Source of the DNA: Acholeplasma sp.
Lineage (GTDB): Bacteria > Bacillota_I > Bacilli_A > Acholeplasmatales > UBA5453
Length of the DNA stretch: 20,838 bases
Assembly (NCBI GenBank): GCA_036677365.1
Contig: JAVBWN010000024.1
Coordinates: 1 to 20,838 of the forward strand
Reading direction: 5' to 3'
The notes beneath the pieces are model-generated. The model saw only the letters and a program-made list of their open reading frames with translations. It searched no databases and was not told the origin of the DNA. The position numbers were made by a program, and so were the translations under genes. Below, piece after piece: positions 1-7,919 of this stretch. Positions within the stretch are counted from its first letter, which is position 1. Each line of letters opens with the position of its first letter.

Positions 1-65
1 ATAACGCAGCGATCAATATCAACAAAGAAGGGTTTAGAAAGTATAAGTTAGCTTTTCAGTTATAA
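1..65 (+). CDS. tnpB: C-terminal end of TnpB (IS200/IS605-family RNA-guided nuclease), truncated by window edge
   Basis: Frame from nt 3 reads NAAINI-NKEGFRKYKLAFQL-stop (TAA 63-65). NAAINI matches the tail of the TnpB RuvC-III motif DRDxNAAxNI, and a typical IS605 right end follows. Confidence 0.85.
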   Translation, partial: NAAININKEGFRKYKLAFQL

Positions 66-169
66 ACAATCAAGAACCGTAGGGACTACGGGGATAGCCT
101 ATTGAGTCACTGGCGGGTACGCTGGTATGGATAGGAAGCCCCCACTTCTGTAAGTGGTGGGTAGTTCAC
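1..169 (+). mobile_element. Right end of an IS200/IS605 (IS1341-like) element
   Basis: tnpB tail, then subterminal hairpin CCCCCACTT-CTGT-AAGTGGTGGG (139-161) and terminal GTAGTTCAC ending in TCAC at 169, after which host coding sequence resumes. Confidence 0.85.
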
Positions 170-186
170 CCAATCTAAATCTCAAG
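66..186 (+). ncRNA. TnpB omega-RNA scaffold (right-end derived) plus flanking guide (about 170-186)
   Basis: Hairpins CCGTAG-GGA-CTACGG (77-91), ACTGGCG-GGTA-CGCTGGT (109-126) and 139-161. TnpB omega-RNAs derive from the right end with a 3' guide from flanking DNA. The 5' boundary is uncertain and may overlap tnpB. Confidence 0.7.
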
Positions 187-1815
187 TTTTTAGACAGTGA
201 TGGAACCAACTATTATCGTGGTTATTTTATTCATGAATATATCTATCACAACAAGTTAATGTCTTATTATTTGAATCAAAAAGCCAATAAACCCTACTAT
301 ACGCCTACTTGGGAATCATTATCACGATACGAGTCTAGCTATCATATCCATCATACCTCAGAAATCACACGTTTCGCTAAAGAATTGAGAAAACGCGGAT
401 TATTCCGAACGGAAGATCGATTTCATATCATTTTAAATAGCATACTATCCTTCAATTTAATGAACTACCAAATGGACAAAATCGTGGATGTCCTCAAAGA
501 TGCCTTTTTATCGGAAGAATCATTCAAAGTCATTGTCCCCTTGATGTTTGAAGCACTAAACAGTCAAAAACTGTGGGTCAACAATGGGTATTCACCTAAC
601 GAATTAAAACAAATCAAACCACCTTATAAGACACCTTTAGATGTTGAAATGATCAATCCTTTTGAAGTTACAACTGAATTGGCAGAAAATTTTAAAAGTA
701 AAGTCCGTCATTACTACCCTAGGCTACCTTTAGAAGTTCAGAGTTTGAGTTTGCCAGGTTATGATGATTTGATGAATTACTTGATTGATACATACCCAGA
801 ACAGGTAGTGGATTTAGAACCAAATGTGTTTTTAGCCGCTGTCATTGGAAATACTTACTATAAACATAATAAAAAATTTTCATACAACAGAAGAGATAAC
901 GTCTTTAGAGCACTAGGTGTATTAGGAAAACAGGAAGAAACTGACCTTAAAATTAGGCATTTGATGGTATTATTGGAAGATTACAAGACAGATCAGCTCG
1001 AAGTCATGTTACAAACATATTATCAACAATTATCGTATATTCCGATTCAAAATCCTAACAAGGAACACATCAGACAAATGTTAGTAAAACAGAAGAGTGC
1101 TTCTGTGGATGAAAAAAAGCGAAAACAAGTCGAGAACATGGCTGAAGGCGTATTAAACCACAATGAAGCATATAAACACCTTTATAATTTAGTTAGTTTA
1201 TACCCGTTGTCGGTTAAAAATCTAAATGAACTGATTAGAGTGTGTCCAAAAGACCAACAAGAAACGGTGCTTAAAGCCATCATATACGCATTTGAAAAGT
1301 CAGACTATGCGTATATCGAGCAACCCAATCAATATAAACCAAATCATGCCAATTTCAAAACATATTTATTATCATTAAGTACACTGGGCTTTTTCTATAA
1401 ACAAAGACAAGAATACAGTGAGGCCATAAAGGTCTATGAAAAGTGTCTACATTGTGACTACAAGGACCATAACAAGGTCAAAGAGTCCATTTTGGCTTGT
1501 TATTTTTATACCAAAAAGTATGATCAATTTATGGATTTATTGGAAACTATGAGTAATGAAGGAATTCATCGGATTTTCATGGACTTTTACCACCAAGTGT
1601 TGGATCAAATTTCGATTCAACAAACGTACGAAATCATCCAAAACAAATATCCGAAAATATTGGCCGAATTATTATCGAATAGACCAAACTTGGACGTAAC
1701 TTCTGTATTTGAAGAACAGGAGTTCTTAAATGATTTCCATCCCATTTTTCTTGCCAACAAAAGCGCTATTCAAACCGCAATCCAATCGTTACAGTCCAAC
1801 AAGTTGATTAATTAA
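170..1815 (+). pseudogene. 3' part of an IS-interrupted gene encoding a TPR-containing protein (WxNNGYSPNEL motif seen in SEC-C-associated proteins)
   Basis: The track GTG start (154) lies inside the IS right-end hairpin. The frame is open from the IS junction to TAA 1815. TPR-like segment LGFFYKQRQEYSEAIKVYEKCL. Confidence 0.65.
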
Positions 1816-1839
1816 GGATGACACCACGTCATCCTTTTT
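1814..1839 (+). terminator. Intrinsic terminator overlapping the next promoter
   Basis: AAGGATGAC-ACCAC-GTCATCCTT followed by T run. Confidence 0.8.
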
Positions 1840-1846
1840 GTATAAT
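1818..1846 (+). promoter_or_regulatory. Sigma-A promoter for the inositol monophosphatase gene
   Basis: ATGACA (1818-1823), 17 bp spacer, TATAAT (1841-1846). Confidence 0.65.
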
Positions 1847-1864
1847 ATAGGGGAGGTATCCTAT

Positions 1865-2635
1865 ATGAAATATCAACAAGAACTCAATCTACTCAAAACA
1901 CATGTACCAAGAATATATAAAGAGATTGACAGCAGTCTAAAAGAGGTCTCATTCAAATCCGGTGATGAGATTGTGACGACAACCGATTTATATATCGAAT
2001 CTGAACTCATCAAAGCAATCAAACACGTTTTTCCTAATGATACTTTCTTAAGTGAAGAGTTTCATAAGGATGGCCATTTGGTCAATCGAGCATGGCTCAT
2101 TGACCCGATTGATGGGACATCCAACTACGCTGTGAACTTTGATGCTTATGTGGTTCAAATCGCTTTATATGATGAAGACGATTTGGCACTATCGTTCATT
2201 TATGTTCCAAGCAATGAAAAGATTTATTACGCCATCAAAGGTGAAGGTGCTTATTTAAACGATAAACGAATCCATGTGTTAGACAATAAAAAACCATCCA
2301 ATATGATGATGTCCATGGTTGGTTATACGAATAAAAATAGCGACAAAACATATTATGAAAAACTATTGAAGTTTGCTTTAAAAAACCAAGTCAAACTCCG
2401 AATGCTCGGTAGCATTGGCTTAGAACTCGCCATTACATCCGAAGGCATATTCACCATGTTTTATACATCCGTTAAGAATCTTTGGGATTTAGGACCAGGG
2501 GTATTACTCTGTAAAGAAGCCGGTGCCATCTTATTCAATGAAACAGGTAAATCCTATCAATTAGGGGACACACATTTGTTTGTTGTCAAATCTGAAGAAC
2601 ACAAAGAAAACTTATTAAAAGCAATCCAACACTAA
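1865..2635 (+). CDS. Inositol monophosphatase family protein (SuhB-like)
   Basis: Motifs VTTTD, LSEE, WLIDPIDGTSNY, WDLGPG. GGGGAGGT RBS precedes ATG 1865. Confidence 0.92.
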   Translation: MKYQQELNLLKTHVPRIYKEIDSSLKEVSFKSGDEIVTTTDLYIESELIKAIKHVFPNDTFLSEEFHKDGHLVNRAWLIDPIDGTSNYAVNFDAYVVQIALYDEDDLALSFIYVPSNEKIYYAIKGEGAYLNDKRIHVLDNKKPSNMMMSMVGYTNKNSDKTYYEKLLKFALKNQVKLRMLGSIGLELAITSEGIFTMFYTSVKNLWDLGPGVLLCKEAGAILFNETGKSYQLGDTHLFVVKSEEHKENLLKAIQH

Positions 2636-2663
2636 CACGCCAATCTCGGCGTGTTTTATTTTT
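2634..2663 (+). terminator. Intrinsic terminator
   Basis: AACACGCC-AATCTC-GGCGTGTT then TTATTTTT. Confidence 0.85.
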
Positions 2664-2706
2664 AAACTACTGGTTTATTGTTTCGATTAAAAAACCCTTC
2701 TATAAT
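2663..2706 (+). promoter_or_regulatory. Sigma-A promoter with an adjacent palindromic operator candidate
   Basis: TAAACTA-C-TGGTTTA imperfect palindrome (2663-2677) abuts TTGTTT (2678-2683), 17 bp spacer, TATAAT (2701-2706). Confidence 0.7.
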
Positions 2707-2713
2707 GAAACTG

Positions 2714-2820
2714 TAAAGACACATGCAGCCAACATTACTATTAAAATTATAGAGATCAAGGTTCAACCAACAACAGTCGTGTCTTGTCGTTTGAGGATAC
2801 CAGTCATGGTGTCCTCAAAC
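2714..2820 (+). ncRNA. Candidate structured leader/small RNA upstream of the DUF2828 gene
   Basis: Closing stem AAGACAC (2716-2722)/GTGTCTT (2779-2785) begins near the predicted TSS. A 14-bp hairpin (2789-2820) without a U-tract follows. Confidence 0.55.
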
Positions 2821-2841
2821 ACCCCTTATACGGAGGTCTAT

Positions 2842-4275
2842 ATGGATGCTTTAACGTATTTCACAGATCAATTGAATATCACAGAAACCATTAATGGGGA
2901 CAAAGCTTTCTATAGCTCAGGTTCACATTGTTTGGATTTGTATGCGTTGATTGGTGGGATGAGATACCATGTAGACCAACTATATGCTATGTTCTTGAAA
3001 GCCTACTACGAAGATCGTCATATCGCATTAAAAATTTTATTATATGCGAGAGACATCAAAGGTGGTTTGGGTGAAAGAAGGATTTTCCGTATCCTGCTCA
3101 ATGGTTTGGGGAATTTCTACCCAGAAGTGGCCAGAAAACTACTACCAACCATTGAGAGGTATGGTCGATATGATGATTATTTCGCATTCATTGGAACCCC
3201 GGTTGAATCCGATGTTATGACGCATATCGAAAAACAACTAAAGGCAGATTTAGCCAATAAAGAAGCTGGCCAACCTATTTCATTATTGGCTAAATGGATG
3301 CCCTCCATTAATACAAGTAATTCAGAGACAAGAAGGCTCGCAAATGAGTTATGTGAGGCTTTGAAATTATCAAAAGCTGAATACCGAAAACAATTATCGT
3401 ATCTGCGTGATGGTCTAATTGTGGAAAACAATTTGAGAACCAAAACCCGAGTTGAAGACTATCAAACCACACCAACGAAAGCTTTATTCAAATACAAGAA
3501 AGCATTCATTCGCAGCGATGCCGATCGATTCAATGCTTTTATCCAAAATAAAGCGCCTAAAAACATGAGTACCTTGTATCCTTATGAAATTGTAAGAGAT
3601 GCCATTGAACAAGATGAAGTCGATGAAACCACCAAAGCTCTCTATCAAAAATTGTGGGACAACTACCCAAGAGCAGATTTAGATTCGCAAACCATAGTGG
3701 TTCGAGATGGGTCTGGTTCGATGTATGATGAAGGCGCGATTTACGTAGCCACATCACTTGCGATTCTCGCATCTGAGATGCTTACCGGACCATTTAAAAA
3801 TAAATTTATCACTTTCAGTTCTAGACCGCAGCTGGTTACACTAGACAAAGGCGATATTTATGATAAAATAATGACAGCCATGCATTATGGAGACTGTTCA
3901 AATACCAACATTAAGAAGGTATTTCAATTGATTTTGGATATGGCTAAGCAAAAAGATGTGAAAAGAGAAGATATGCCAAAGCGAATCTTAATCATCTCCG
4001 ATATGGAGTTTGATGGCGATGTTCATGGTATTTCGTCCTATGAGTTCTTTAAAACTGAATATGCTAAAAGTGGATACGAGTTGCCCGTTGTCGTATTCTG
4101 GAATGTTTGCGCAAGACATGTTCAACTACCTGCCTTAGAACAAGACCACGTGATTTTAGTCAGTGGTGCATCACCGCACGTATTTGATAGTATTGCAAAA
4201 AATAAATCGATCGATCCTTATGCATTTATGTTGGAAACACTGAAGAAGTATGAGGTGATTGATCAACTAATTTAA
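2842..4275 (+). CDS. DUF2828-family protein (TROVE/Ro60-like helical domain plus C-terminal vWA domain)
   Basis: Family motifs TENG-like TINGD, ARDIKGGLGER, YGRYDD, LLAKWMPS. vWA MIDAS DGSGSM, FITFS, NTN, ISDMEFD, VFWNV. GGAGG RBS before ATG 2842; the track start at 2779 lies in the leader. Confidence 0.88.
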   Translation: MDALTYFTDQLNITETINGDKAFYSSGSHCLDLYALIGGMRYHVDQLYAMFLKAYYEDRHIALKILLYARDIKGGLGERRIFRILLNGLGNFYPEVARKLLPTIERYGRYDDYFAFIGTPVESDVMTHIEKQLKADLANKEAGQPISLLAKWMPSINTSNSETRRLANELCEALKLSKAEYRKQLSYLRDGLIVENNLRTKTRVEDYQTTPTKALFKYKKAFIRSDADRFNAFIQNKAPKNMSTLYPYEIVRDAIEQDEVDETTKALYQKLWDNYPRADLDSQTIVVRDGSGSMYDEGAIYVATSLAILASEMLTGPFKNKFITFSSRPQLVTLDKGDIYDKIMTAMHYGDCSNTNIKKVFQLILDMAKQKDVKREDMPKRILIISDMEFDGDVHGISSYEFFKTEYAKSGYELPVVVFWNVCARHVQLPALEQDHVILVSGASPHVFDSIAKNKSIDPYAFMLETLKKYEVIDQLI

Positions 4276-4294
4276 AAAGGAAAGGTGAACACAA

Positions 4295-4525
4295 TTGTCA
4301 AAAACATTCCCTAGTATCAACATGAAGGCAACCGGCAAAAACATTGAATCGCTACGCAAACAAAAGAACCTATCGGTCAAAGAAATCCAAGAGGTATTCG
4401 GTTTTGAGTCCCCACAAGCCATCTATAAATGGCAATGGGGAGATTCACTACCGTCGATTGACAATTTGGTTGTGTTAGCGACCGTATTTGAAGTATCCAT
4501 TATGAACATCCTAGTCATCGATTAG
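4295..4525 (+). CDS. XRE-family helix-turn-helix transcriptional regulator
   Basis: LSVKEIQEVFGFESPQAIYKWQWGDSLPSIDNL HTH_3 pattern. TTG start with AAAGGAAAGGTG RBS, 19 nt after the DUF2828 stop. Confidence 0.9.
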   Translation: MSKTFPSINMKATGKNIESLRKQKNLSVKEIQEVFGFESPQAIYKWQWGDSLPSIDNLVVLATVFEVSIMNILVID

Positions 4526-4539
4526 GATGTTTTATTTTT
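4505..4539 (+). terminator. Intrinsic terminator closing the DUF2828-HTH operon
   Basis: AACATCCTAG-TCATCGA-TTAGGATGTT plus T-rich tail, overlapping the HTH stop codon. Confidence 0.75.
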
Positions 4540-4605
4540 ATCACCCAAACCATAAATAAAAGGATTACAATATAAATAGATAGACTATTCAATGGGAGGT
4601 TTCAC

Positions 4606-5715
4606 ATGGAAAGACCTTATATGACTTGGGCAGAAGCCACATCTTTTATGATGGCTGCGTTTATGAAAGTAGGTGTCCCTAAGAAAGACGCTGAAATCTG
4701 TGTTGATGTATTATTAGAAAGCGACAGAAGAGGGATTGAATCCCATGGTATCAACCGTTTTAAACCGTTTTATATTGATAGAATCCTTAAAAAGATTCAA
4801 GAACCTAAAACCAAAATTGAAATATTAAAAGATACACCTACCACGGCTGTCATTGATGGCCACAATGGGATGGGTATGGTGATTGGATACCAAGCGATGA
4901 ACATGGCCATCACCAAAGCGAAGCAATTAGGCCTAGGCATGGTTGTGGTCAGAAACAGTACCCACTTTGGTATTGCAGGTTACTACGCCACCATGGCGAC
5001 GAAACATGGGTTAATTGGTATGACAGGCACGAATGCCAGACCAGCCATCGCACCTACCTTTGGTGTAGAGAATATGCTCGGGACCAACCCGCTCACATTC
5101 GCTGTACCAACCGATGAAGAATTTCCATTCATTTTGGATGCTGCCACATCGATTACACAACGTGGTCGAATCGAATATTATGCTAGAAATCAACAACCAA
5201 CCCCGGAAGGTTTGGTCATTGGACACGATGGTAAACCTCAAACCGATAGTAAACAAATATTAAACGATTTAGTCAGTGGAAAAGCAGCCCTTTCACCACT
5301 AGGTGGTATTGGGGAAGAACTCGCGGGGTATAAAGGGTATGGATACGCGACTTTGGTAGAGATTTTTTCAAGTGCTTTACAAGCGGGTTCGTTCCTACAC
5401 ATGCTTTCTGGTGTCGCCGAAGATGGCACAGCGAAGCCAATTCCTGTGGGTCACTTCTTTCTCGCAATAAACCCAGATTTCTTCATGGGTTTAGAAAACT
5501 TCAAACACACCACAGGTGAAATTTTAAGACAACTGAGGGCTTCCAAAAAGGCCCCGAACCATGATCGAATCTACACCGCTGGGGAAAAAGAGTACCTCAC
5601 CTGGTTAGAACGTAAAGATTTGGGGGTACCGATTGGTGAAGACCTCCAAAATGAGTTCAAACAAGTCAGAAATATGCTCGATTTAGATTTCACATTCTCA
5701 TTTGAAAAGGCGTAG
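4606..5715 (+). CDS. Ldh_2 family oxidoreductase (malate/L-lactate/ureidoglycolate dehydrogenase type)
   Basis: GIESHG, RNSTHFGIAGYY, GTNP, LDAATS, GYKGYG motifs. GGGAGG RBS. Confidence 0.92.
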   Translation: MERPYMTWAEATSFMMAAFMKVGVPKKDAEICVDVLLESDRRGIESHGINRFKPFYIDRILKKIQEPKTKIEILKDTPTTAVIDGHNGMGMVIGYQAMNMAITKAKQLGLGMVVVRNSTHFGIAGYYATMATKHGLIGMTGTNARPAIAPTFGVENMLGTNPLTFAVPTDEEFPFILDAATSITQRGRIEYYARNQQPTPEGLVIGHDGKPQTDSKQILNDLVSGKAALSPLGGIGEELAGYKGYGYATLVEIFSSALQAGSFLHMLSGVAEDGTAKPIPVGHFFLAINPDFFMGLENFKHTTGEILRQLRASKKAPNHDRIYTAGEKEYLTWLERKDLGVPIGEDLQNEFKQVRNMLDLDFTFSFEKA

Positions 5716-5778
5716 TTTTTCACATAGGTTTGGATATCAAAATATGGTATGATATTCATACAAGAGAGGTAATAATAT

Positions 5779-6771
5779 ATGCGTATTTTAGTCTCTGGTG
5801 GTTTAGGATTTATTGGGTCCCATACCGTCGTTGAATTATTGAACCACCAACATGAAGTCGTCATCATCGATAATCTATACAACAGTCAAATCAGTACATT
5901 ACACAAAATTGAACGCATCGCGGGTAAGAGACCAGCCTTTTATGAAATGGACGCGACCAGTTTTGAAGCGTTAGAAGATGTCTTCCAACGCTATGATTTT
6001 GATGGAATCATTCACTTCGCTGGATATAAAGCTGTCGGTGAATCGGTCAGAAAACCACTTGAATATTATTATAATAATTTGGTGTCTACAATCAATCTAG
6101 CGAAACTAGCCATCATCAACAAAGTCCCTAAATTTATTTTCAGTTCATCGGCCACGGTGTATGGCGATGGTGTATCTCCATTCAATGAAAAGATGAAATT
6201 GTTAGATCGAACAAATCCTTACGGTGAAACCAAAGCGATGAGTGAACGCATCTTAATCGATACCGTCAAAGCGAACTTGGGATTCAATGTGGTCTTACTG
6301 AGATACTTTAACCCAATTGGTGCACACCCATCAGGATTGATCGGTGAAGTACCAAACGGTATCCCAAATAACCTCATGCCTTATGTCACACAGGTTGCTA
6401 AAGGGTTAAGAGAAAAACTCAATGTCTTTGGCAATGATTACGATACTGTTGATGGTACTGGTGTCAGAGATTACATCCATGTGGTAGACTTAGCTCAAGG
6501 CCATGTCGCTGCGTTAGAGGCGAAAATTGAAGGCGTTGAAGCGATTAATCTAGGTACAGGCAAAGGCACTTCAGTTTTAGAAATCATTCAGGCATTTGAA
6601 AAAGCCAACGGTATCAAAATACCTTATGAAGTGGTAGCTAGACGTGCCGGTGATATCGCTGTATCCTACGCGGATACCACTAAAGCGAAAAACCTATTAA
6701 AATGGGAAGCAAAACTCAACATCACAGATATGGTGAGAGACGCTTGGAATTTTGAAAAGAATTTTAAATAA
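5779..6771 (+). CDS. galE: UDP-glucose 4-epimerase
   Basis: GGLGFIGSH, HFAGYKAVGES, FSSSATVYG, YGETK (YxxxK), LRYFNPIGAH, RDYIHVVDLA. Confidence 0.96.
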   Translation: MRILVSGGLGFIGSHTVVELLNHQHEVVIIDNLYNSQISTLHKIERIAGKRPAFYEMDATSFEALEDVFQRYDFDGIIHFAGYKAVGESVRKPLEYYYNNLVSTINLAKLAIINKVPKFIFSSSATVYGDGVSPFNEKMKLLDRTNPYGETKAMSERILIDTVKANLGFNVVLLRYFNPIGAHPSGLIGEVPNGIPNNLMPYVTQVAKGLREKLNVFGNDYDTVDGTGVRDYIHVVDLAQGHVAALEAKIEGVEAINLGTGKGTSVLEIIQAFEKANGIKIPYEVVARRAGDIAVSYADTTKAKNLLKWEAKLNITDMVRDAWNFEKNFK

Positions 6772-6775
6772 GAAT

Positions 6776-6799
6776 AAAAGGCACGCGCTCGTGCCTTTT
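6776..6799 (+). terminator. Intrinsic terminator after galE
   Basis: AAAAGGCACG-CGCT-CGTGCCTTTT. Confidence 0.85.
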
Positions 6800-6835
6800 G
6801 TCTCATTTATTCATATAAGAATTGAGGTGTAAACA

Positions 6836-7290
6836 TTGAATCGTAGAACCATCTTAATGATTTTGGTTTTTTATGGACGCTTTTTATATTCGCTCAATCG
6901 TTACTTCCAGGTGAAGTATCTTCAAATCAAAGTGGCTTTATTGTAGATGCCCTTTATCCATTAATTCAACGACTTGGAATCAACATGGGTGTCGATACAT
7001 TCAGTTTCTGGATTCGAAAACTAGCTCACTTCACAGAATATTTCATTTTGGGTGTTTTGTTGTTTATGACCTACCAACATAGATTTCAAACAAAAATGCT
7101 TTTAGTGATTATTTTTTTACAAGGGCTAATTACAGCGAGTATCGATGAAACCATTCAGTTATTCACCCCTAATCGAAGTGGTGAAATCAGGGACGTTTTG
7201 ATTGATGTTTCTGGCGTTATGATGGCTACAATAGTCTTACTGATAATTACGTTCTCATATAAAAGAAAAGCCAAAATCATATCAAGCTGA
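6836..7290 (+). pseudogene. VanZ-family membrane protein with a frameshift in a T6 run (6867-6872)
   Basis: GAGGTG RBS and TTG 6836 give MNRRTILMILVF. The other frame continues LWTLFIFAQSLLPGEVSSNQSG...RKLAHFTEY...DETIQLFTPNRSGEIRDVLID (VanZ motifs). One added T joins the two. Confidence 0.8.
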
Positions 7291-7303
7291 TATTTTGGCT
7301 TTT
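7266..7303. terminator. Bidirectional terminator between convergent genes
   Basis: AAAAGCCAAAAT...ATTTTGGCTTTT inverted repeat. Confidence 0.7.
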
Positions 7304-7797
7304 TATATATGTTTAAGTTTGATATTTTTATAAGACTTGAATATCTCAATCATCTCTTCAAAAGAGCCTTCAATATATTCACCTGAAGCCACGAAAAAAA
7401 GTGACGATCCAGACAAAATTACCAAGCTTTTATCACTGTAGATGACTTTATTGACCACAGAAAGCGCACGGCGGTGAATGCTTTCACCCATTGGATAAGC
7501 ATAACTAATCTCGAATTGATTAGAGTCCATTGAAAATGTATTTTTAGTGATGATCGAAAAATATTGACGATGTGCTTTACGATAGTTCATTGATACGCGC
7601 CATAAATGATACATGTAATATAAAACGCCAGCGAATGCTAGAGTTTGAACGAAATGACCACTTTTATCTGTGGTTAATAGGGCTAATAGTATCATCAACA
7701 CGAGATATAAGACCTGTTTGAGAATTGGAAAAATGAATATGTATCTTAGCAGTTTTCTAATGGTTGCTTTTTCCGGCAAGTAGTTTATTTTGACCAT
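7303..7797 (-). CDS. Two-TM membrane protein, possibly YcxB-like C-terminal domain
   Basis: Two hydrophobic helices then a beta-rich C-terminus. AAGGAGTG RBS before ATG. Confidence 0.7.
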   Translation of the reverse strand: MVKINYLPEKATIRKLLRYIFIFPILKQVLYLVLMILLALLTTDKSGHFVQTLAFAGVLYYMYHLWRVSMNYRKAHRQYFSIITKNTFSMDSNQFEISYAYPMGESIHRRALSVVNKVIYSDKSLVILSGSSLFFVASGEYIEGSFEEMIEIFKSYKNIKLKHI

Positions 7798-7919
7798 AAT
7801 GTTTCACTCCTTTATACTAATTATAATCGTACATACTCAATTTTTGATGTATTATTTACGATAATTTTCAATATGTCATTTTATTTAGTATAATTGAATT
7901 ATCTCGGTAGGTGATATGT

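Noticed and set aside
1..169. IStron (group I intron-IS hybrid) that would splice out of the interrupted gene
   Set aside because: The element ends in TCAC, not the terminal G a group I 3' splice site requires. The 5' part is outside the window.
154..169. GTG 154 as the native start of the 553-aa ORF
   Set aside because: It lies within the IS right end and has no suitable RBS.
2779..2841. N-terminal extension of DUF2828 from GTG 2779
   Set aside because: It overlaps the leader hairpins. The GGAGG RBS supports ATG 2842.
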